Source: an uncultured Methanosarcinales archaeon (lineage in GTDB: Archaea; Nanobdellota; Nanobdellia; Woesearchaeales; GW2011-AR9). Taken from it: 60,717 nucleotides of DNA. The notes below the pieces were generated by a model, which did no database searches, was not told the origin of the DNA, and saw nothing but the letters and a program-made list of their open reading frames with translations. Each line of letters begins with the position of its first letter. The first letter of the stretch is position 1. The stretch covers positions 1-60,717 of the forward strand of contig CAZWBB010000007.1 in assembly GCA_964632045.1 (NCBI GenBank), read 5' to 3'. Of this stretch, positions 27,060-36,515 are shown piece after piece. Both the position numbers and the translations under genes were made by a program.

Positions 27060-27650
27060 TTACTCAAACGAATGGAACAGCCTGAAATCTCTCTTTGTAT
27101 AATCAAACAGCTCGTCTTTCTTGAACCAGACTTTGATCTCCCTTTCTGCTTCGTGAACTGCTCCTGCTGCATGGACAAGATTAATCATGGGACGTTTGTT
27201 GAAATCACCAAGGTCATAACTTTCTACAGAGAAATCTCCCCTGATCGTCCCCGGAGCAGCTTGTCTGGGCTCTGTATGTCCGACGATCTTCCTACCTACT
27301 TCTACAGCATGATAGCCTTCAAAGCACATCGCCAGTACAGGATGTCCAGATAACCCACTAACGTTCCACTGACGGATCCTTTTGCCGACGTCCAAAGGTC
27401 CTTCACTGACCTCTTTACCTTTCTTCTGCCAAGTCTCGATAGTCTTCTGTCCACAAAGGGTCCACATCTCATCATCATCTGCATAATGCTGCTCTACCAT
27501 CTCTTTGGTGGCTACCACGAGTTTCATACCGACAATCTTCATCCCTTTCTGTTCAAATCTCTGGATGATCTCTCCCACAAGACCGCGATGGATAGCATCC
27601 TGCTTAGCCAGAATAAGAGTTCTTTCTACTTTCAAAGAATCATCTTTCAT
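27060..27650 (-). CDS. ndk: Nucleoside diphosphate kinase
   Basis: ERTLILAKQDA, RGLVGEII, PGTIRGDF, NLVH catalytic His. Confidence 0.93.
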   Translation of the reverse strand: MKDDSLKVERTLILAKQDAIHRGLVGEIIQRFEQKGMKIVGMKLVVATKEMVEQHYADDDEMWTLCGQKTIETWQKKGKEVSEGPLDVGKRIRQWNVSGLSGHPVLAMCFEGYHAVEVGRKIVGHTEPRQAAPGTIRGDFSVESYDLGDFNKRPMINLVHAAGAVHEAEREIKVWFKKDELFDYTKRDFRLFHSFE

Positions 27651-28036
27651 TTTTTGTCCTCTTTACCAGGTTTCTTCTCTTCAGCTTCTTTTGGTTTCTT
27701 ATCCGACTCAATTTTCTTCTTCTCTGTTTTCTTGTCCTCAGTATTCTTCTTCTGTGGTTGCTCCTTCTTCTCCACCGCTGGCTGCTTCTCTTTCTTCACG
27801 TCATCTTTCTTTTCAACCGTTTTCTTCTCTTCGTCACTTTTCTTCTCGACACTCTCTTTACCATGTTCTTTCCGATAGAATTCTGTCCAGCGGACCTTCA
27901 GTGGTTTTCTCTTCAGTTTCAGTAGATTTTTCTCACACCTGTTGGTGCAGAAGTTATTTACTTTACCGGAAGCAAAAACATACATTTTCCCTGTTCCCCT
28001 TTCGATGGAAACACCACAAAAATTGCATTTTGGCAT
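27647..28036 (-). CDS. rpl24e: 50S ribosomal protein L24e with Lys/Glu-rich tail
   Basis: CNFCG..IERGTG..FCTNRC..RKPLKVRWT. Confidence 0.95.
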   Translation of the reverse strand: MPKCNFCGVSIERGTGKMYVFASGKVNNFCTNRCEKNLLKLKRKPLKVRWTEFYRKEHGKESVEKKSDEEKKTVEKKDDVKKEKQPAVEKKEQPQKKNTEDKKTEKKKIESDKKPKEAEEKKPGKEDKK

Positions 28037-28047
28037 TATGATTCACC

Positions 28048-28341
28048 TCATCGTCTACCGCCGCGTCTTCCTCCACCAAGACGTTGCGCTTCAATCTCTG
28101 TTTCCAACAGCATCAGTATATCGCCTACCTGGACTGGTCCTTTGACATTTCTTCTGATGGCTTTATTTCTATCCCGGCCATCCTGAATCTGACACATCAC
28201 CTGAGTAAGCTCTCCTCTACTGCCTGCTCTGCCAATAAGCTCTTTCACCACGGCAGGTATTCCTAGAGAAAATCTGACCTCTCCTTCCGCTCTGGAATCC
28301 AGCTCTTTCTTGCCTCTCTTAATGAACGTTTTTTTAGCCAT
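28048..28341 (-). CDS. rps28e: 30S ribosomal protein S28e with N-terminal extension
   Basis: GRAGSRGELTQV..IRRNVKGPVQVGDILMLLETEIEA. Confidence 0.95.
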   Translation of the reverse strand: MAKKTFIKRGKKELDSRAEGEVRFSLGIPAVVKELIGRAGSRGELTQVMCQIQDGRDRNKAIRRNVKGPVQVGDILMLLETEIEAQRLGGGRRGGRR

Positions 28342-28351
28342 TGCAGATCAC

Positions 28352-28669
28352 CTACTCCTTTGCCAGAGCTTCAATCGTAGATTTGGCATCTCCTTCCTTG
28401 ACAACAGCTACGGCGGCTGTGGCAACAGGAAGTCCGGCAGCTGCTCCCAGATCATCCTTCTTGGAAAGTTCTACGCAAAACACATTCTTCTCCTTGCAGA
28501 GAAGAGGCAGGTGCATCACGACTTCTTTGGGAGTAACATCAGCAGCAAAAGCAACCAGTTTAGCGTTGCCTTTCTCAATCGCTTTTGTGGCCTCATTAGC
28601 TCCTTTCTTAATTTTCCCACTAGTCCTGGCAATCTCGATTGCCTCCAATACTTTTGCTTCATCAACCAT
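28352..28669 (-). CDS. rpl7ae: 50S ribosomal protein L7Ae
   Basis: GKIKKGANEATKAIE..AADVTP..HLPLLC..LGAAAGL. Confidence 0.96.
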   Translation of the reverse strand: MVDEAKVLEAIEIARTSGKIKKGANEATKAIEKGNAKLVAFAADVTPKEVVMHLPLLCKEKNVFCVELSKKDDLGAAAGLPVATAAVAVVKEGDAKSTIEALAKE

Positions 28670-28796
28670 TTTATTTTGACCTCATCTTTATCACTTGTTT
28701 TTAGGCAACAATAGAAATTGTCTACCTCGTTGAATACCCAAGTCATAGGTAATATGTTGTCAGAAAGTGGGCTGTTTTATAAAAGTTGCGGCGGAT

Positions 28797-29294
28797 TTAC
28801 GACTTCTCGGTTTTTGTGATCTTAATCTCACAAGAAAAATCGGATATTACCGCTGTTTCAACAATTCCTTTTCGCCAGAATCTTAATGTTAACTTGGGCT
28901 TTCTTGACAAAAGAGCCTTTGAGAGTTTAGCATCAGAAAAAGGTTCATGTGTCCAGGGATACTGGGCGGTTTCAAGATGCAACTTGAGTTTTTCTAACAT
29001 CTGGCCGACATTGATTAATTGCTTATAATTTGGCCTCCTAACTTCCCGGATTTTACCTCCACTATATCGACCTTCTCTATCAAAACGCCCGGAATGATAT
29101 TCATAATCCGTTATTTCACCGTTTACCTCAAGTAGTACTTCTCCCCATTCTTCTATTGAAATATTGTTCGCTGCTTATACTTCTTCAATTTTCTTATGGA
29201 TTACGTCTAAGGCTCCGTGAATTGATTGCTCTTCGCTAACTTTCCATTGAGGTGCTTTTTCCAAATTATCCCAATCCAACCGGGGTTTTTTCAT
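28797..29294 (-). pseudogene. Hypothetical gene interrupted by one in-frame TAA
   Basis: ATG 29294 MKKPRLDWDNLEKAPQW...KIEEV*AANNISIEEW... continues in frame into the 28797..29000 ORF; TAA at 29175-29177; TTTATATA about 26 nt upstream. Confidence 0.55.
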
Positions 29295-29451
29295 GACCTA
29301 TTCTAAGAATTATGTCATATATATAAATATTTGTGTCCGACCGGTGGTTTTTGACATTTTGAGAAGGAGCATATAAGCTTTTTGGTGAATTGCTATGTGG
29401 GAGTAGGAACATACGAAAACTTAAATAGAATAGCGATTCTTGAATGGGAAA

Positions 29452-30336
29452 ATGATATCGGTTGATGAAATTGCTAGTGAAATAGAAAGAGATTTTCCTG
29501 GAGTTAATTTGTTTGATGAGGATTTTCTTGATGCTTATTCTGTTGTGAGAGAAGATCTGAGTCGTCAGAGAGATGAAGAAGAACCTGAATGGACAACTCA
29601 TTATGCGGTGCGGGCAAAACTTGCTAAACCTGCTGACTTTTACTTTGCAATTGTTGATGGTGTAGTACTAATCTCTAGTAAATATGGTACGGACAACCAG
29701 TCCGAATGTAATGATCATCGGGCGGCTGTTGGAAACATTCCTGATTGTCTTGTGCCCCAGAAAAGTGTGATCGTCCCTGACTTTATTCAAAATGGGGTCT
29801 ATAAGAGTAATGATTTGAGAGATATGGAAGATATCAGACAGGATCTGCTTGCTTTGGGATTTGAAGAAAATACAAATTTGATAGACCAGGCCCGTAGTAC
29901 CCGTGGACCAAAGGAATTCCTGAAAAAGAATGCTAAGGGCAGAAAAGAATTATCTCCTTTTACACAATATCTAATCAGACAAAATCCAGGGATTGATCCT
30001 GTTGATGACGAGTTCGAACAAACTGTAGAGGATGCTCTTGAAGAATATGATCCAGGATTGGATGTCGATGATGTTCTGGAAGAAGTATATGACGATCTGT
30101 TAAGACCGGCTAATTTTTACTTTGCCAAAAAAGGAGAGGAAATAATCATCACCCCCAGGAGTTTGTGGGATGAAGAGCAGGTGTATGATGACAGAAATCT
30201 GGCCGTGTATGTGGCTCCTACCTTTCTTAGTAACCTGGGTAGTTCTCGTTTTGAAATTGCTGATGATAGCAGTTTTAGGAATGTTAAATCCAAACTTAAA
30301 CGAATGGGTTTTGTTGAGAATAGGGGGATTGTGTAG
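29452..30336 (+). CDS. Acidic hypothetical protein made of two homologous halves
   Basis: LAKPADFYFA..LGFEEN versus LLRPANFYFA..MGFVEN. Confidence 0.7.
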   Translation: MISVDEIASEIERDFPGVNLFDEDFLDAYSVVREDLSRQRDEEEPEWTTHYAVRAKLAKPADFYFAIVDGVVLISSKYGTDNQSECNDHRAAVGNIPDCLVPQKSVIVPDFIQNGVYKSNDLRDMEDIRQDLLALGFEENTNLIDQARSTRGPKEFLKKNAKGRKELSPFTQYLIRQNPGIDPVDDEFEQTVEDALEEYDPGLDVDDVLEEVYDDLLRPANFYFAKKGEEIIITPRSLWDEEQVYDDRNLAVYVAPTFLSNLGSSRFEIADDSSFRNVKSKLKRMGFVENRGIV

Positions 30337-30445
30337 GTGTTTCATTTTGGATGACAATCAACGATTGGTTAGGATGCCATCTCCCTGTTTTACTATATTC
30401 TAGATACTACAAAATATTAAATACCTACACACTCTACCTTAGTGT

Positions 30446-30535
30446 ATGAATCAAAAAGAGAGGAAAATGCTTATCGAAATAGAGAATTTAGTCGATGAAA
30501 CTATAAAAGAACTAGAAGGGGGATTCAGTGATTAG
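30446..30535 (+). CDS. Possible 29-aa small protein
   Basis: MNQKERKMLIEIENLVDETIKELEGGFSD*; AT-rich TATA-like TATTAAATA upstream; below the ORF-track cutoff. Confidence 0.3.
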   Translation: MNQKERKMLIEIENLVDETIKELEGGFSD

Positions 30536-30936
30536 TTTTTTCTGGCTTCACTTAACCGATGCTTTATTCTTTGGAGGTTTCTGAATGCTTTTCTGTTCCT
30601 TTCTTCCAAATCTTTTATTGTTTTTCCAATAGTCTTTTCACTAAAGAAGACCCCCATTATTGTTCCCATGAAACCCACCACTACCGTCAAAAAGATGGTA
30701 ATTGCATCAACCTGACTGTTCTGACCAAATATTAGGTAATAGAAGAATGTTGCTAAGAAAACACCGCAACTAACAAAAACAAACACTAATTGGACAAATA
30801 TCAGATAACCGGACGTCTTCTGACAAACATCACGTATTTGTTTAAACATCCACTTAAAGGCAAAGAAGCAAAAGACAATTAGTAGCACAATGATAACCAA
30901 AACCATTTCACCCATTGAAAAATTTTCTAAAATCAT
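30532..30936 (-). CDS. Small multi-pass membrane protein
   Basis: Three hydrophobic segments and a charged C-terminal helix. Confidence 0.65.
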   Translation of the reverse strand: MILENFSMGEMVLVIIVLLIVFCFFAFKWMFKQIRDVCQKTSGYLIFVQLVFVFVSCGVFLATFFYYLIFGQNSQVDAITIFLTVVVGFMGTIMGVFFSEKTIGKTIKDLEERNRKAFRNLQRIKHRLSEARKN

Positions 30937-31068
30937 TCAAAACATTTCAGAAAACCAAAAATATAAACATTTCTGTCTTAAGAAATATAGTTATGAGTTA
31001 GATGACGTGCTCACTCATGATGCAAGTCCTTCCAAAACAATTATAAAAACAAAAACCCTCAACAATCC

Positions 31069-32043
31069 ATGAACAAGCCAGAGCTCGACGCCCTGATCAG
31101 AAGATTCCCAAAAGAAAGAGTTCTTTTCCACTACTTCAAAGACAAGTATGCCCTTAACCTCCTATCATATTACGTAGATGAAGGAAAGCCCATACATGAA
31201 ATAAAGAATTCCAACTACCGGGGATTACTTCAGAAGCCGCTCGTCAAGGAAGTCACTTCTACGCTGCAGGATAATCTTCTTACAAAGGAAGCTCTACAAT
31301 CTTACTGGCCAGTGCACCCGGAAGTGTATCTGCTAACCTTAGGCAGATGGGGAGACGATTCAAGATGGGGTCTTCTTGATAATAAACAGACTTCCCGGCC
31401 AGGTCATAATCTAGTGCTGCAGCTGAACTTCTCCAACAAGCATAATGCCCCATACGCAAAAGCCATAAGATCTTATAGTTATGACCGGCCTTTTGAATAT
31501 GAAAATCATCCGATAAGCAAAATACGGAATACATTGGCCTGGGCCAGAATCAATGTCGATCAGGAAGAAGCGTTAATTGAAGAGATCCAGAGTGACTGGT
31601 TACGGCTCGCTTCTGAAGAAGAGATATCTATCGAGCAGACAGACGAATCAGGTGGGGTCGTGCAGAAGAAGTTCAGTAAAGGTATCATCCACAGAAACAG
31701 AATAAGATACTACATGGAGGAGGTTCTCAGACCGCACATGAAAATGTGGGATGAAGCGATGCTCTCAGCAACCGTCTGGTATCTGAAAGAGCAACTGAGT
31801 CTGGAAAGGATATTCTATCACACTTACGAAACAGGAAACAAGCTGAAAGGGATAGGCACCATGCCCTGGGACACTCTACCGCCTCGCTCTCTTTACAGCA
31901 AACTTCCTAAGCGGTTCTGCTTCCAGGAGACGGAAGAAGGGCCTGCCTTCCTGCATAATATGAGGATGAAGACAGGAGGAAGGAAGAAAAAACGGATCAC
32001 TGACAAGAGGGGGAAGATGAGGTTTTATTTGTTGGAGGTTTGA
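31069..32043 (+). CDS. Conserved-looking hypothetical protein
   Basis: 324-aa ORF with QTSRPGHNLVLQLNF and TLAWAR..LIEEIQSDW motifs; function unknown. Confidence 0.7.
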   Translation: MNKPELDALIRRFPKERVLFHYFKDKYALNLLSYYVDEGKPIHEIKNSNYRGLLQKPLVKEVTSTLQDNLLTKEALQSYWPVHPEVYLLTLGRWGDDSRWGLLDNKQTSRPGHNLVLQLNFSNKHNAPYAKAIRSYSYDRPFEYENHPISKIRNTLAWARINVDQEEALIEEIQSDWLRLASEEEISIEQTDESGGVVQKKFSKGIIHRNRIRYYMEEVLRPHMKMWDEAMLSATVWYLKEQLSLERIFYHTYETGNKLKGIGTMPWDTLPPRSLYSKLPKRFCFQETEEGPAFLHNMRMKTGGRKKKRITDKRGKMRFYLLEV

Positions 32044-32068
32044 AAGGGGATTCTATATGCTCATTCCC

Positions 32069-32348
32069 CCTGTTCCCTCTGTAGTGTCCTAATATTTTTT
32101 CGTTTGTTTTGTTCACTGCCATCACTACGGCAACAACAATAACACCACAGGCAGGCAGACGGCCAACTTTGCTCCTCGAGAGCACTACCGTGCCGGAAGG
32201 TCGCAAAGCTTGTCCTACTCCGCGTGGTGCTCCTACCGTCGCACGCTAACACGCTCCATCTGCGCATGTGTTATTATTGTTGCCTATACTCGGCTTATCT
32301 TCACTTAATGCGAAATAATTTCCGGACACTACAACCTCCTGTTCCCTC
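32069..32348. mobile_element. MITE-like nested inverted-repeat element B with flanking 11-bp direct repeat
   Basis: IR TGTAGTGTCC (32080) / GGACACTACA (32333); inner IR GGCAACAACAATAACAC / GTGTTATTATTGTTGCC; DR CCTGTTCCCTC at 32069-32079 and 32338-32348. Confidence 0.65.
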
Positions 32349-32385
32349 CACAAATTATTTAAATGGCCCAGTCTCCATGAATAGT

Positions 32386-33309
32386 ATGGGGGGAAATACT
32401 TGGGAATCTATTGTTGAACCAGAGAAACCGATTCATTTCAGCGAACTTGAAGTAAAAGTAGCGGAAGGTGAAGAGCTGATTCTTGCATCGAGACGACCAG
32501 AGTTGTACAATAAGGTCCTTGATTATTGGAATCAGCAACAGGTCAATGCCACTTTAGCCAGAGCAGATGAACTGGCAGATGCCTTGGCGAGGAAGGATGA
32601 GAATAGAATCAGCAGGATGAGTAGACAGATCGGTGGAGTCAATCAGAAGTATCGCTTATCAAGAGCCTTTCTTGAAGGCGGCACTCTGCATCTCGCCCTC
32701 AGTGGTACGAACTATATGGATTTTATAGGAACGAACGTACAGGCGATCAACGACTCCCAGTTCAGAGAAAGATTGATGAACGCAGGTATCGATGATTATG
32801 CTGATCCCAACCATTACTTCGCAAGTCCCCTGGGAGTATGTGCAGTCGTCTATGTATTCAGCGATAGGAAAAGGGAAAAATCCAGTGTCTATGTTCCTAT
32901 CGGTTGGAGAAGTGATAAAGTGATGATCTATCCCAATGTGCCGCATGTCTTTGGCGGATTTCTTGATGTTGATGGGAAAAAACTGAGTATCGATGGACAT
33001 CTGCGCAAGGAGTTAAGGGAAGAGATGGGCCTTTCTGAGGAAGAGATGGGAGGTGGTTCCTTCTACGGGATCATCCGTCACAGACCGTCTCGTCACCCGG
33101 AAGCGATCGGCGGGATTCCAATCTACCTTAGTCAGGAAGAGTTAGAACAAAGTTGGAAAAAAAACGCTCCCGGGAAGTTTGAACACCGCAATATCTCATT
33201 TTACAAAGTGGAAGAACTGGCGGGTTTCCTGGAAGAGTACGGAGAAAAGATGGTCCCTTCAGGAGCAGCCGCTCTGACAAAGTTCTTGGAGTTTTTTAAT
33301 GAGCTATAG
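32386..33309 (+). CDS. NUDIX-fold hydrolase (NUDT22-like)
   Basis: FASPLGVCAVV, PHVFGGFLD..HLRKELREEMGL Nudix-box variant; start moved downstream of TTTAAAT (ATG 32377 also possible). Confidence 0.7.
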   Translation: MGGNTWESIVEPEKPIHFSELEVKVAEGEELILASRRPELYNKVLDYWNQQQVNATLARADELADALARKDENRISRMSRQIGGVNQKYRLSRAFLEGGTLHLALSGTNYMDFIGTNVQAINDSQFRERLMNAGIDDYADPNHYFASPLGVCAVVYVFSDRKREKSSVYVPIGWRSDKVMIYPNVPHVFGGFLDVDGKKLSIDGHLRKELREEMGLSEEEMGGGSFYGIIRHRPSRHPEAIGGIPIYLSQEELEQSWKKNAPGKFEHRNISFYKVEELAGFLEEYGEKMVPSGAAALTKFLEFFNEL

Positions 33310-33378
33310 AGGGATGCCGTGGCCAGTACACGAGTGTCTTTGTCCGGACAAATGAAAGTTATGTTAAAGAACGCTAAA

Positions 33379-35115
33379 CTATTCTACCGTCACACTCTTT
33401 GCCAAATTCCTTGGTTTATCCACATCACATTCTTTCAAATCAGCAACATGATAAGCAAAAAGCTGCAGCGGAATCGCGATAACTAAAGGATACAACACTT
33501 CTTCTACCTCGGGAACATAAATAACATCATCACTTACATGCTTGATTCTCTCATCCCCTTCTGTAGCGATGACGATTACCTTACCGCTTCTTGCCTTGAT
33601 CTCTTCGATGTTGCTGAAGGTCTTCTCATAGACACTGTCTCTTGGACAGATGGCTATCGTAGGCATCTCTTCTGAAACCAAGGCAATCGGTCCGTGCTTC
33701 AGCTCGCCTGCAGGATAAGCTTCCGCATGGATGTAGGAAATCTCCTTAAGTTTGAGAGCCCCTTCCAGGGCTAGGGGAAAGTTTGTATTTCTGCCGATGT
33801 AAAGAAAACTCTGATTGAGGAAGTACTTCTCTGCCATTCTCTTAATATCATTGCTAAGGGCCAACACCTCTTTAATCTTTTGCACGATATCACCCGGATT
33901 GAACTCTATCCCCACCAGTTGATAAGCGAACTGATACATCCCCACCAGTTGAGAAAGGAAAGCTTTTGTGGAAGCAACACCAATCTCAGGTCCTGCTCTT
34001 GTGTAGATGACTTTCTCAACTTCTCTGGCGATTGTTGAATCGACAACATTGATCAACCCTAGTGTCTGAGCGCCTTTCTGTTGAGCTAATCTGATTGCAG
34101 CTAGAGTGTCAGCCGTCTCGCCGCTCTGGGAGATGGCAATTACTAGATCATTTTCATTTAGCAGCGGCTCTTTGTAGCGGAACTCAGAAGCAATTTCATT
34201 GATGACTGGTATTTTAGCAATCTTCTCGACCAGATATTTTCCCACAAAACCGGCATAGCTGGCCGTGCCGCAGGCCACGATGATAATCCTACTCAGATCC
34301 ATCTTTTTTGGGATGTCAAGATTCACCCTCAGGGAATCTTCAACTACCTGCGGCTGTTCAAAGATCTCTTTGAACATGAAATGTTTATAGCCTTGTTTCT
34401 GCGCCTTCTCAATATCCCATTTTATCTCCCTCACATCAAGAGACTGCTCCTGGCCATGGAAGTTGAATATCTCTACTTTCTCTCTGGTGATCTTTGTGAG
34501 TTCGAAATCATTTAGATAGACTACTTTCTTGGTATGTTCTACTATCGCAGAAACATCTGAAGCAAGGAAATTTTCATCCTCTCCAAGACCGATCACCAAA
34601 GGACTGCCGTTTCTTGCCCCCACAATCTCCTCTTTGTCATTTCTGATGACACAGAAAGCAAAGGCCCCCTGCAGCTTTTTGATGGTCTTGCGGACTGCCT
34701 CCTTAAGATCTCCGTTGCAGTTGCGGGCGATCAGATGTACGATAACTTCAGAATCTGTGTCAGAAGTGAATCGCACTCCTTCTTTGCGCAACTCTTCTTT
34801 CAGTTCCAGATAATTCTCGATAATACCGTTGTGCACTATTGAGAATCTATTGTGTCCATCGATGAAAGGATGTGCATTATAATCGGATGGACGGCCATGG
34901 GTAGACCATCTCGTATGAGCTATACCGATCGTTCCTGAAACGCTTTTCTGTTTCAGGTTCTCAACCCTTCCCTGTACCTTGTTAAGGCAAAGAGAATTAT
35001 TGTTGATGGTGCATACTCCTGCAGAATCATATCCTCTGTACTCTAACCGTTCCAGTCCCTGAATAAGGATATCATTCGCCCCTTTTTTTCCGATGTAACC
35101 GATAATGCCACACAT
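33379..35115 (-). CDS. glmS: Glutamine--fructose-6-phosphate aminotransferase (isomerizing)
   Basis: MCGIIG, LEYRGYDSAG, AHTRW, SQSGETADT, GELKHGP, PRNLAKSVTVE. Confidence 0.98.
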   Translation of the reverse strand: MCGIIGYIGKKGANDILIQGLERLEYRGYDSAGVCTINNNSLCLNKVQGRVENLKQKSVSGTIGIAHTRWSTHGRPSDYNAHPFIDGHNRFSIVHNGIIENYLELKEELRKEGVRFTSDTDSEVIVHLIARNCNGDLKEAVRKTIKKLQGAFAFCVIRNDKEEIVGARNGSPLVIGLGEDENFLASDVSAIVEHTKKVVYLNDFELTKITREKVEIFNFHGQEQSLDVREIKWDIEKAQKQGYKHFMFKEIFEQPQVVEDSLRVNLDIPKKMDLSRIIIVACGTASYAGFVGKYLVEKIAKIPVINEIASEFRYKEPLLNENDLVIAISQSGETADTLAAIRLAQQKGAQTLGLINVVDSTIAREVEKVIYTRAGPEIGVASTKAFLSQLVGMYQFAYQLVGIEFNPGDIVQKIKEVLALSNDIKRMAEKYFLNQSFLYIGRNTNFPLALEGALKLKEISYIHAEAYPAGELKHGPIALVSEEMPTIAICPRDSVYEKTFSNIEEIKARSGKVIVIATEGDERIKHVSDDVIYVPEVEEVLYPLVIAIPLQLFAYHVADLKECDVDKPRNLAKSVTVE

Positions 35116-35304
35116 TGTGTTTCACTCTTTCCAGTGATTTACCTGTGGCAAAGACTTGGAAAAACGCTTTAATAAGTTTGTGGTTTTAGAGTAAAGAAAT
35201 TGGATTTCATCTCCTGAAAAGCTGCTTTAATTGGCCGAAGATTGTTTTTCACCGCCACCCACCACCCCAACTCCCTGGCGTTACTACTGCTGGGTTACTA
35301 TTTA

Positions 35305-35320
35305 CCGAAACATTTAAATA
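35305..35320 (+). promoter_or_regulatory. Archaeal BRE-TATA promoter
   Basis: CCGAAACATTTAAATA upstream of the small-ORF cluster. Confidence 0.55.
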
Positions 35321-35388
35321 GTAGAAGCTATATTTAGTAATAATACCGACGATTACAGATACGATGGACAACAAAGGTGATTACAAAA

Positions 35389-35580
35389 ATGGAAGACGAC
35401 AGAAGGGTATTCAGGGAGATTATGGGAGAAAGGCCGAAGAATGTCAAATATGATGACATCGCTTCAAGAAACATGATGACTTTCTACGAGTGGGAGACTG
35501 TAGTGAGAGAGGTCAATGCAATCAGGGATTACCAAAGGATGGAAAGACAGTTGGCAAAAGCAGAATTGGCAATCAACTGA
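35389..35580 (+). CDS. Small hypothetical protein
   Basis: AGGTGA RBS before ATG 35389. Confidence 0.5.
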   Translation: MEDDRRVFREIMGERPKNVKYDDIASRNMMTFYEWETVVREVNAIRDYQRMERQLAKAELAIN

Positions 35581-35591
35581 GGAGGAGAAAA

Positions 35592-35822
35592 ATGATAATT
35601 GACGGAATTGAAGATTTGATGAGAGGAAGTTCAGAAAAAAGACAGCGTTCAGGCCGGTTTTTCGTACCGGAAAGCACCGAATCATGTCCTGATGAGGACC
35701 AAGCGTGGGTGCAAGTCGGAATCGCATGCCCATTGACACGGACTGAAGGCGGCGAGACAGGACTGGGTGAAGAACGACCCGTTTACCTTGAACGACCTAA
35801 ATATGGCGGCCAGAATAGATAG
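35592..35822 (+). CDS. Small hypothetical protein
   Basis: GGAGGAG RBS before ATG 35592, in frame with the 35490 ORF. Confidence 0.45.
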   Translation: MIIDGIEDLMRGSSEKRQRSGRFFVPESTESCPDEDQAWVQVGIACPLTRTEGGETGLGEERPVYLERPKYGGQNR

Positions 35823-35830
35823 TCCGACAC

Positions 35831-36220
35831 ATGATTAGATCTAATCCTCCTAATCTAGGAAAACTTGTACGAAAAGCTGAAGGCTGGTCCAGGACGACTT
35901 ATGCACAGCAAACCTCTGATTCTATAGAATGGGATGAACATCGCAGCTGGGTAACTTATACTGCCGAGAATGGTGGCGGTCTAAAGATTGTTTTGGAAAG
36001 GGAAACCAGAAAGATTAGAGCGATGGGTAAACCACCTGGTAAGGAGATCTATCGGGCCAGAGTCGTTTGCGGTGTGAAAGTTCTGATTGACAAAGAAGAA
36101 GAACGGCCACTTCTTTGGATAGAAGGAGATCAGTTTGAAGTACCTCCTGAATTAAGGCCGTATGGAGAATCTGTAGTAAGAAGGTTGTATGATTCTGTGC
36201 AATCTAAAGTAAGAAGCTAA
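35831..36220 (+). CDS. Hypothetical protein
   Basis: 129-aa ORF 8 nt after the previous stop. Confidence 0.55.
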   Translation: MIRSNPPNLGKLVRKAEGWSRTTYAQQTSDSIEWDEHRSWVTYTAENGGGLKIVLERETRKIRAMGKPPGKEIYRARVVCGVKVLIDKEEERPLLWIEGDQFEVPPELRPYGESVVRRLYDSVQSKVRS

Positions 36221-36230
36221 CTCCGCTACT

Positions 36231-36476
36231 CTACTCCAACCCCAAATCCTCCAATTCTTCAAAAGAGATGTCCTCCTCGAGATCCGCAGACAGTTCGTCA
36301 AGTTCTTTCAGTTCATCAAGTTCTTCAGCGACTTCGACCTCCTCGGAACTGAGTACTTCTTCCACCGCTCCATCTTCCGTTAAGCTTTCAGTATCAGTGA
36401 TCTTAGCAGGACTTTTACAACCGACCATCATGGTGAATACCGCAACCACAATCAAAAATAACATTATTTTCCTCAT
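36231..36476 (-). CDS. Small acidic lipoprotein-like protein
   Basis: MRKIMLFLIVVAVFTMMVGC lipobox-like signal; Glu-rich tail. Confidence 0.65.
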   Translation of the reverse strand: MRKIMLFLIVVAVFTMMVGCKSPAKITDTESLTEDGAVEEVLSSEEVEVAEELDELKELDELSADLEEDISFEELEDLGLE

Positions 36477-36515
36477 TTTAGATGCAAAAAAGAAAAACAA
36501 TAAAAAACTTTACAA

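Noticed and set aside
11179-29177. Stop-codon reassignment explaining two in-frame TAA codons
   Set aside because: TAA, TAG and TGA all terminate conserved genes here at expected positions (adk TAA, rpl7ae TAG, EF-2 TGA)
32188-32206. SRP RNA helix 8 (GCC-GGAA-GGT tetraloop inside a long rod)
   Set aside because: Lacks the conserved CAGG/AGCA symmetric loop, and the rod is flanked by direct repeats typical of an insertion; an Infernal scan would settle it
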